Shown: positions 23,452 through 33,218 of the stretch, one piece after another
Numbering within the stretch: position 1 is the stretch's first letter
How the letters are laid out: each line of letters starts with the position of its first letter
Assembly: GCA_038496445.1 (NCBI GenBank)
Contig: JALMLS010000528.1
Coordinates: 1 to 33,218, forward strand
Direction of reading: 5' to 3'
Source: Trichosphaerium sp. ATCC 40318
Lineage: Eukaryota > Protista > Tubulinea
DNA: 33,218 nt
Translations under genes and position numbers: made by a program
Notes under the pieces: model-generated
Database searches by the model: none
Seen by the model: the letters and a program-made list of their open reading frames with translations, nothing else
Told to the model about the DNA's origin: nothing

Positions 23452-24653
23452 ATGTCGTCAGCAGCCAAGAAGTCTGGGCGTCGTTGGCTCAAAGTTGAAT
23501 TGAGTAGCATGGACTCATTACCACACGAATTGTGGCTTCAAATATTGGATGCAGCAGATGCTAAAATTGCATGCAAATGCTCTGAGCTCTGCAAAGCCAT
23601 TAGATACGCAGCTACATCAACGAGCGTATGGTCAGCTCAAATGCGCACTTCTTTTGGTAACAATGTCGTTACTACTATAAAAAGCGTACCAGACGACGAC
23701 CTGTGCGTAGAAAGGCCGTTTTTCAAAGCATACAAATTCTTTTGTACGTTCTAGACACAAAAACCACCTACTTATCTATATAGCCACTATAAAGCCACGT
23801 ACCCTCGCTTACGAAGTATCTGACAGTGATTGCGGTGAATATTCATCTTATTACGGTTTTAACAGCCTCAAATCTCGAACCGGAGGAGGATACTGTACGT
23901 GAAAAGAATTTATAATTGGAGGTAACATAAAAATAGGCACAAAACCAGGAAATAAAAAAAACGCAAATATTTTGTTGAAAATCAAAAAAAAGGCACTCAT
24001 CTCCGAGATGGTTATTTGTATCGCTGATATTCAGTCATACACTACTCCAGTTAACAACTGTTTGTTTTTCATTCCCAAAGAAGCAGAACCTTTTGGTACA
24101 ATGGTTAAATACTCCAACCAGTTTAGTGGAATGCGTAATAATGATTTTGAGGCAATGAAACCAAAAGAAGGTCGGTATTACATGTCTTTGATTGTTTTTT
24201 TTTCAACTGAATTTCAAATATTTGCAAGAAATTCCGTATCTATTCATTGATTTATTCTTTAGGTAATCCGGTTGGTGGACTATTTAATATTGCAAGTACA
24301 AGACCGCAAGGGTCAGGTACAACTTATCATAAAGCTAGTTTCAAACCAGAAACAAGTAGTAGAGTGCTAGTCAGTACGTAAAAAACTTGAAGTTTTTTTC
24401 TCTTTTTTTTTATCTAAACTACTCAAACCTAGAACTACTCGATAGTCATGGTCAAGGTACAACAATAGACGTTTATTTCATATCATGTAATGGATGGTAC
24501 CTTGATGAATTACTTGATTACTTGAAAGAAAACAACGAAGATGCGGAAGAAAATCAGCAAGCACAACCACAAGCACAAACAGTTGAAAAGTCTTCGTCTT
24601 CGATAAAAAACTTACTTAACAAAACAAAAATAAAAATATCGAACTTTTTTTAA
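23452..24653 (+). CDS. F-box protein with a probable galactose-binding-like (jelly-roll) C-terminal domain, 5 exons
   Basis: MDSLPHELWLQIL…CSELCKAIRYAATSTSVW is an F-box. The spliced C-terminal part reads SDCGEYSSYY…YCTKPG…NILL…ISEMVI…YTTPVNNCLFF…IDVYFISCNG; its domain call is tentative. Confidence 0.75.
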
Positions 24654-24693
24654 GGGACCTTAAGTCTCGCAATAACAGCCTTTTATTAGTTAC

Positions 24694-25179
24694 TTATTGG
24701 ACTTTGACACCTTTCCAGAATGCGAAGTGTCCCTTTATGTTACTTGCAGCAGCCTATTTGTTGTTTAGAAAGGCACAAGTCTTAAAATGAAAAAAAAACG
24801 TACTTTTGGCTCTTTGTAGAACCATGCAGCGTTCTCGCTCTCTTTTCCGTTAACAGAGACGGTCTTGTAGCTAGCTAAAAGAGATTGTTAGCAAATTGCT
24901 GTGAATAAACGTTACTCAACGTCATCTAGTGTGATTGGCTAACACTACGTTGTAAAAATGCGTACCTAGGCCTTTCCATGGGCAACCGCTTGTGTGAGAC
25001 GAGTCTTTGAAGTATTCTTGTTTGAGCGAATCAGCAGGGAAGTAGTGGTTACCTACGCGCGTGTAAGCCAGGGAGGAACAAAGAATCGCCGGAGTGAACG
25101 GTATTAGCGTACCTTCAACTACTACAGTGTTTGAAGACTCAGCGATTACGACGTTATTAAAGATGGCTTTCTTGGACAT
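24694..25179 (-). CDS. DUF427 (NTP_transf_9) family protein, 4 exons
   Basis: MSKKAIFNNVVIAESSNTVVVE|GNHYFPADSL…TSGCPWKGL|ASYKTVSVNGKESENAAWFYKEPK|AAASNIKGHFAFWKGVKVQ*. Confidence 0.93.
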
Positions 25180-25743
25180 GTTGCTTGTGTTGTAAGTTTG
25201 TTTTACTGACTTGTAAAATGTCGTTAAGCAATACAATTTCTCCGCCTCATTTTTTACTGAAAAGCGAACCCGTGGAACAAGCGTCATAGAGCGATTTAGT
25301 CCGCTTCCACGCCACTGCGAGCGTGAGAAACTAGTCGTTACATTATAAACACCGTAGGTGCCAAACTGATTGGTAAAACGTTAACAGACGCTAAAGTTTT
25401 CTAAAAGTAAAACAAGCGGTTAAACCCTCACTGCGCGTGTCGGTGTTCGAAGGCGTGGCTAGTTGGTAATATGTTCCTTTTGGGTTAGCGTTAAAAATAC
25501 TTTCGCAGTTTGTTTTGTAAGGTTGTTGAATGTGTCATCTACTTGCCATGCGCTTCATTTAAGGTTTTTTATGCTTTTGTGTCATTTACCAAACACACCA
25601 ATACCAGAATTCTACCTCCAGTACGCCGATGTAGCCTAACAACAGTAATTGCCTTGAATTGTGTTGTAGCGAAACAATCTGAGACTTAAGTTTAATTGTA
25701 ATTGGTTACCAGTCTGTCTTGCGCCTCTGTTCGCTAGGTTCTA

Positions 25744-28700
25744 ATGGAAAACAAGTTCATAGAGCTGTACGTAAAAGGAACAGGTTATTTTCCTCGCACT
25801 CACAACAAACGCAGCCAAGAGGTAGCTGAAATCTTAAAAGTGGTGCATATAGTGGTTGGCGATGCTTTAAAGTGCGATAACGCCATTTCACCCTTCAAGT
25901 TACAAAAGGCGCTAGAAAGTACAGAGTCGCTAAGAGAACGCATACAGGTACCCTATTAAATAAAACAAAAGAACTCTAGGCAATTTTTTCTACAAAATTT
26001 TTTTAATGAGCGTTATGATCATCAATACACCATTTGTAACTCTGATATAACCCTCACGTAATAATACGAAGCTAATTCTTTGTAATTAGTACTCATGTCA
26101 AAACCGAATTATGTCTCTGGAAACGTACGACGTGTACACGCGCTTACTCGTTCGTATCACGGATTTACTCATTCCATTCCTCATGGGTTGTGCGGCTCCA
26201 ATCAGCGCTATTACTAGGTACATTTTCGGCACTTTTATGGCCTCTCACGTGATAGTTTCGCGCCATAAAGTCTGGCATAAAAAAAGAAGTTTGTGGATTA
26301 ATTTTATATTGTAGATATAAATGTTATACGTGTATAGCACTCATTGGTGCACCTGTCCTTATTCCACACGAGCAGCACTCTTTCCGATTTTACATGTGTC
26401 ACCTACTGGCATGCGAAAACGGTACAACAAATCAAGCTTTAAACAAATCAAGCGTTAAACAAAAAACTATTTAATTTTTATTTATTGAACTAATTAGGAA
26501 TTATTTTTTTACACTTTTTTGTGTCATCTTGACGAAGGATACTTGCGTTAAAATTGCATAATATTAATGAGTAAAAACTCATGCTATTTAGGAACTAAAA
26601 CAGTTGATACTTCTGTGTCTGGGTTACACGTATTTTTACAAGCAGGAGACGAAGGTCATACAAAAGATAGATCAGGCGATTTAGATGGTAATAAGACATA
26701 CGAGGGTGCTTTTGCTGTTACATTCCCTTTCGCATATAATACAGAGCTTGTTGGTACTGATGTTAAAACATATTATTTAAAAGCTACAAGTGATATTGGC
26801 GTACGTTTGTTTTAACACTTAAAAATAGTTTTTTCTACAGGCTTTTCTTTGTTTACCAAGTTTAGCTATTTGATGAATCTGGAACACCCGTACAAGTAGC
26901 TGAAGTATGCTCAGCGACACAACCAACATTAATTGTTAGTGCTAAACCAGGATTATGGCAAGACGCTGCATATCAATGGGTAGAACAGACAGTTTTTAAA
27001 GAAGGTACTTACCTTTTTTTTCCTTTTTTTTTTTCGCTGTGTGTTTTTCCTCATTTCTCGAGATAGGCGTAGAGACAGTACATGTAAATTTTTTATCTAA
27101 CGTTATACACCAAACATACGCTCGTGCTTCAGAAGGATACAATACAGATTTTTATACAAAAGCTTTTATGCCAGTCATCACTGAATCTCCGTTTAAATCA
27201 CTCGTCAATAAACTTCAAGCAAAATCACTGTGGGATTTATTGGCACCTTTATTTGGAAAGATACATGATAGTCAAGTATATTTTTTATTAATTAAAGAGG
27301 AGTACGTCAACATAATAGCCAGAATCAATCCATAATATTAAGTCTGTTTGTAGTTTAATACATCCAAAACTGTACAAAAAAGATGAACCTTTTTCAGAAC
27401 TACTGCCTGAAAAGTTGGCTTCAAAAAATAGCGAAGAGGTACCTCCTATTTACTTTGGTGTCTATGCCTTTTATTTATTAATAACTTTATAGGATGAAGA
27501 TACACCCATACTGACATTAATGATGGACGCAAACGATTTTACGACTATAAGAGCTGTAGAGTCAACTTCCAAGACTGACTTGTGCGTTTTATTTTTTTAT
27601 CATTTGTTTTGCTCTTATTAAGTTGCGCAGGTTGTTTCCTCAATTAAGGGGTGTGAGCTCAGAAGACTGCTTACGTAGATTGCTATCAGATATTGTTGTT
27701 CAGAGACCAGGCATAAAGATTCGGTCTGGTGACCAAATAGTGCTGCTAAAAGACACTGAAGTCATAAAATATGTAGACTCAGGTATGTAGCTGTTAGCGA
27801 ATAAGTTTAGGTCGTTATCACTCGTGATTTTCTAACTTGTTATTGTTTACTTAAGATTGTCCAGCGGAAGGTATGAGACCACGTGCTATAAGAGAAAAAA
27901 CCAAAAAGAAGTTAAAGAAAAAGAAGACAAAAAAAGCCACTTTGGCATCAAAAAGGTAAATCTCTACACTACTAGTAGTATTCACCGTATTATTGATTAT
28001 TATATTGACATTACAATAGATGTCTTACTTTGAAGAAATGAATAAAGTGGCATCAATGACACGGTAAGAAATTAATAATTGTTTTTTTCAGTATATAACT
28101 AACTTATGAATCAGTGCAGCAACTCCGCAGATTAACTCTTTTGAAGATCTTAAAATTGCTATAAGTACACCCATATCTAGTTTAATTATAAGAGTCCTTA
28201 CTTTATTTATTACAGAAACTAGAGGCATGGATAAACTCAACGAAGCTGAGCTTCTTAGCTTGCACGGATTGAAAGATATCTGTTTAAATTTTAGTAATCT
28301 TAAAGTGATGCCTGCAGCCTTGTTTAAACTCACCTTGTACGAATATACTATCTCCCAATATAACACCTTTATATTCAATCTAATATTCAAACGTAGGTTA
28401 CAATCGCTGAATATAGAAGGGAATCAAATAGAATCAATAGACACTAATATTGGAAAACTTACTAATCTCACAAATCTAAATCTTTCTGGTACCTCTCTCA
28501 CTTTGACTGAAATGTCCGCTTACTAATTATTTATGCAGGTAATAAACTTAGTACACTACCTCTACAGCTAGGAAAGCTTGAAAATCTTGTACACTTATTT
28601 TTACACAAGAACGTGCGTGTTGAACAAAAGGTAGCTGTAAATTTGCTTATTTCTCTTTTTAGCAATTTTTGGCATTACCTTCATCTTTGGGATCGATGAA

Positions 28701-31700
28701 GAAGCTGTTGTCTTTATACTTACAGAACAACAAGCTAAATTACTTGCCTGCTGAAATAGGACAATTACAGAATCTTAGAACACTTGTTGTTGCTAATAAC
28801 GAGTTGAAACAACTTCCTCCTTCGATTGGAAGATTAAAAAGTTTGTACGTGTTTTACATCAAAATGTTATTTTCATTGACTGACAATACTTTAGATCTTG
28901 GCTTAATGTGGCTGATAACGAACTTGAGTACCTCCCTCCTTCTCTTGGACGTGTGTGGGGTCATTTGGGCGATTTTTTCTACTCTGGTAACCCATTGAGT
29001 CGCATCCCAGCAAAACATACAACGTCGGCCGGAGAATTATTGTCATACTTGAAGGATCAACCTCCAGGTAAACCCACCCTTCTTTTGTTTCTCTATTTGT
29101 TTGTATCTATTAAACCGCTTTTTAGAGGTATTGGTGTCTTCTCCATCACTTGAAGCAGATTTAAAGAACATGGCTCGAAGGCTCGAGTACAATGACTTGA
29201 AGTTCAATCATTCTGAAGGGAATGTCTATTACCTAGACAAATGCATATTGTGGGCAAGACGCGATATGTTTTCTGAAGAATTGTTTCCTAACATTGAAGG
29301 TACGGAATCATTAAAACAATTGTCTTAAACAGTATTTTTTTGCGCTTTTTTACGACCATGTTTGACGTATTATAGACCCAGAGTGCAAGGAAATTAGCTT
29401 ACATCAATTAAGTGCTAAGTATGCTAAAACACTGAAAGATAAGGTTGCTTTTGAGTCATTGCTCTCAGTTATCTATGGTCATAAAATCAACAATGAAGCA
29501 GAGAAGGTACAAATTAGTTGAAACAAATTATTTTTAATTTTTTCGCATTATTGTGGCTTTGTTAACTCTACTGTTAGGGTATTTGTTTGGAGCTAGCTAG
29601 CTTCGATTATTGTAAAATAAATGCTAAAGAGCGCGAAAAAATATATGTAGAGCACTTGAGCAAGTTGGTGAACAACCAAAAATTTTCAGATGTAGCTTTC
29701 ACAGGCAAGATTCTCGCGTTTTCCCCATTCTTATGGCGTTACACCTAACACTTAAACTAAACCTGTTTTAGTCGGTGAAGAAAAAATATACGCGCACAAA
29801 GCTATAATTTGCTCAAGATGCTCGTTCTTGAGCGCTATGTTCGCAAGTGGTAGGTTTTAATTTTTGTTTTTGTATCTAAATTAAATTGTTTTAGGCATGC
29901 GTGAAGCACAGTCTGATGAGATAGCATTACCTGATATGTCATTATCTCTTTTATCTAATATTATGAAGTATATCTATACTGGAACATGTGATATTGATGG
30001 TGATAATGTTTATGATCTTTTAAATATTGCAAATATGTATCAATTGGATAGGCTCAAAGAGCAGTACGTTTTCGGTGATTATTTTTATTTGATATTTGTT
30101 TATGTTGTGAATGTTAACAATGTCGTGTAGATGTGAAGCTATTATTGCTGAGTCTATTGAACCTAGTAATGTAAATGACGTATTCGACCTCTCAAAGTAT
30201 TTTAACTTGGTTCAACTCACAGATTACTGCACCTTTGCAGTCCATAGATTCACACAACTTGGAAGATACTTTGAGGTACGTGTTAACAACACCATTCTAC
30301 TTTAGTCATAACTTATGTTATAGATTACTGATGAAAGCAAACCTGAAGATCTTAAAAACGAGTTAATATCGGATTACCTTGTCGCAAAGATTGGTGCGTT
30401 TGACTTTCTAAAATCTGTTCATTGGATGAGATCTCCTTTTTTTCTTATTTCTTACATTTTTCTTAAGATCCCGAAGTTAGTCCATTGCGTCAGCTGCCAA
30501 ATGTACGAAACGTACCACCATCATCGTGTTCTTCAAGACAAGCGTATGATATCATTCTACTTTGTTTTATATGGCCTACATGAGGTATACCAACGAAGAA
30601 GATAAAATCAAAAGCGAAGAAAGAGCAAAAAAGCATGCGGAAGACTTAAAGAAGAAAAAGGCTAAAAAAAGTGAAGAGAAAAATCAATGGAAACTACGTT
30701 GCCACCTTCTATAGCTAAAAGAGCTAAAATTCGTGGAGTAGAACAAAGGCACAAGGTTTCACAAAGAAGAAAACATTTGGAAATTTCGATGGTCCTGGAT
30801 TCGCTGATACTGGAGAGATTGATAGTCTTCCTAAGTTTGGATCTAAGATATCTACTCAAAAAGAAATTTTGAACAAAAAGAATCAAGAGCACACGAAGTT
30901 CGATTTTTTTTGGGCCAGTTGGAACGTGTAACGAGTTAACTTCTTCTTCTTCTCCTCCGCCTAATTCTTTTGAAAATGCTTTTGGTGCTATGTCAATAAC
31001 AGATAACACTAAACAGAAAAAATATTCACTTTTTCAAGCAGTTCTGATGCTTTCAGTGGTAACTCTTCAGGAGAGAAGAGTTTGACTTTTTTTTTTTTTT
31101 TTTTTTGAAAAATCTAATTGGTTATTGTTTAGTGCAGCCCTTCATCTGATTCTCATGATAAATCAGAGCCAAAGCCTTTCAAGTTTGATTTCTCTCCAAG
31201 TAAAGATAAGGACAAGTTGGATTCTTCAAACTCTCCAACATTTTCTTTTGGCACAAGTGACAGCTCATCGGTAAATCCTGTCTTTTTCACTTTTTTTCGC
31301 TAACAATTTGTAGGTTGGATCACCACAAGGCACCTTCTCGTTTTCTGGATCATCTTCGCCTAGTTTAGCACCTTCAAAAGAGTTATTCTAGAGCACCAGA
31401 GAAAGTAAGACAAAGAAGGAGAACAAACAGAGAAAGCAAAGGCAGCTGTACGCTTTGGATTTGCGAAGAATTCCTTATGAGACTTTTGTTGACATTTTGA
31501 CTAGGCTTCCGCTGCTGTTACACAACCCAAACAAGTACAGAATGTATATAAACATACAGGACATGGTAGAGTATCAAATAGCCAGATGGTTGAACGTACA
31601 AACCCAGCAGATGATACAGGATATGACGTCAAAGTAAAAGAACACTTTTACTAGATTTGGCGAAAGGCCTTCATCTAGAAGATAGACTAGTTGTAGATAG

Positions 31701-32254
31701 ATTAGGAGGATTTTTATGGACGTTGAATTTTCTACTTTTAATGAGCTTGTTGATATCTTTAAACGGAAGATATACCCTGATTATTTCTTACCCGAGAACG
31801 ACGAGCGAAGAGAACGCGAAGCAGCTTGGTTATTCGCTGATTACCCGGTACGTAGATAGAGATCCTCTACATGCTCTTATTTCAAAAAAAACACGAGAAA
31901 GTCACAGATAGTGGGTTTTTTATACTGACACTGGTAGATAACTATATACGTATACAACGGCAATACAGGCCAATTCGCTCCTGAAAATTTTACTACAAAG
32001 TTACTTGAGCGCTCTAATAAGACTGGTACTGTTGGTATTATTATAAAGGTCTCATCGTGGTGGTTCACAGGTAAACAAATCAGTTTTAACGATTTTTTAT
32101 GAAATCCTTTCTACAACGGTTAAACTAACACTATTACCTCCATAGATCGCGAAAAACAAATTGCATTAAAAAAATCGGAAAGAAAGAGGAAAAAGTATTC
32201 AGCCCTGACGTCACCTCACAAAAGACTGAGTTGAACCAAACGGGAGAATTTTGA
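25744..32254 (+). CDS. Large multi-exon protein: unknown N-terminus, LRR array, tandem BTB/POZ domains, low-complexity FxF(G) tail; 3' part frameshifted in this sequence
   Basis: LxxLxLxxNxLxxLPxxIGxL repeats at about 28230-29060 end in GNPLSRIP…LLSYLK. A degenerate BTB lies at about 29130-29500 and a canonical BTB (FSDVAFT|VGEEKIYAHKAIICSRC…MREA…KYIYTG…ANMYQLDRLK) at about 29680-30270. Beyond 30680 the frame needs several +1 corrections. The N-terminal exon structure is uncertain and could be a separate gene. Confidence 0.75.
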
Positions 32255-32661
32255 CTTATTGGTGGGAAAAAATAGTGGATTTCAATTGTAGAGCTTTTTA
32301 CGACTTCTTTTCTGAGTCTTTGGCTTTGTTTTGTTAAGTAAAATATTGTAGTATAAACAACACCCTTAGTTGCCAATTACTCTAGTTGCTCAACACTACG
32401 ACTTAAGCAATCCAAAGCATAAGTAATGATAACTATCATTTGGGTTAATCCTTGTGTTGTCTTAATAATAGCATATGCTACGTATTTGTGATGACAAGAA
32501 AGTTGTATTAGCAATGGAGAATGTAAATTTTAGAACGAAATTTCGTTCAGATTGTAGTGGAGCATTGGATTTCAATTCTGTTCCAAATAGATTTCAGTGA
32601 AATAAGTGAACTGACAGTTTAGACCGAAAGAGTCAACATACGCACCTCACACGTTAAACTC

Positions 32662-33218
32662 ATGGCTGCCTATTCCTCACAAGTTGAGCCTGGAGTGAAT
32701 AACTATAAACTTGTCGTATTGGGCCCTACAGGGGTTGGAAAATCAGCAACATCAATACAATTCATTCAAAACATATTTGTACCAGATTCGGACCCAACCC
32801 TAGACGATTCGTGAGCACGGAGCTTTTTAACCTTTAAAAAGTCTAAAACACCTCTAAACGCTCACCCACGCGCTAAGGTATCGTAAGCAAGTCACTATAG
32901 ACGACGAAACTGCCGTACTTGATGTTCTAGACACAGTTGACTCTGACGACGACTACTCGAGTATCCCGCACATGGTAATTAAATAAATCGTTTTTAGGCT
33001 GAACTAATCTAACAGATTGTAGTACATACGAGGTGGTGAAGGCTTTATTTTCTGTATATCACAGACAGACTGTCATTTGAAATAATGCCATACTTATTTC
33101 ACCAGGTTTACAGGTGACAAAACTAAAGTCTTTGCCTAGGTCTACGACACTAAATATTTTGTGTACAGAGTAAAAGACTTGGATGCTAATACAGACAAAA
33201 TTCCTATTGTACTTGTAG
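32662..33218 (+). CDS. Ras-family GTPase copy 3 (divergent; partial, runs off the window; one frameshift)
   Basis: [36 protein letters not shown]|[32 protein letters not shown]|[10 protein letters not shown]…[shift at about 33055]ITDRLSFE…VYR|[16 protein letters not shown]. Same intron positions as copies 1 and 2. Confidence 0.85.

Noticed and set aside
26430-26462. 16-nt tandem duplication AAATCAAGC(T/G)TTAAAC
   Set aside because: An ordinary intronic slippage duplication.
26314-26810. TCV…CHLDEG resemblance to NTAN1/CheD-like deamidases
   Set aside because: It requires unverified frame changes and the match is too weak.
31563-31590. MVEYQIA resembling a fourth Ras start
   Set aside because: No P-loop follows; it is an alternative frame of the large gene's tail.

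Overview
Gene-dense, AT-rich eukaryotic nuclear DNA with many short spliceosomal introns (mostly about 30-80 nt, donors often GTACG, branch points like ACTAAC/CTAAC). A free-living amoeboid protist is the likely source, but that is inference. The supplied ORF track mostly shows exon fragments and antisense shadows, so the gene models were rebuilt by hand. Left to right: an intact 9-exon Mutator (MULE) transposase; a single intronless ubiquitin; Ras copy 1 (minus strand); a secreted EGF + GH43-like hydrolase; a PT-repeat secreted protein; a probable GPI-anchored protein; a small C2 protein; a DNRLRE/CBM96-domain GPI protein; Ras copy 2 (inverted duplicate, frameshifted); an intronless beta-helix/PT-stalk receptor; an F-box-like + MORN-variant repeat protein; an F-box protein; a DUF427 protein; a large LRR + tandem-BTB protein; and Ras copy 3, cut by the window end. 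Most notable: all three Ras paralogues have a non-canonical G3 (DTAGQ) motif, an LRR-BTB-BTB adaptor-like gene sits beside one of them, CACGTG is strongly over-represented, and two GC-AG introns are present. A cluster of single-base deletions at 30.7-33.1 kb looks like local long-read error. Domain calls are from motif recognition only; no searches were run.
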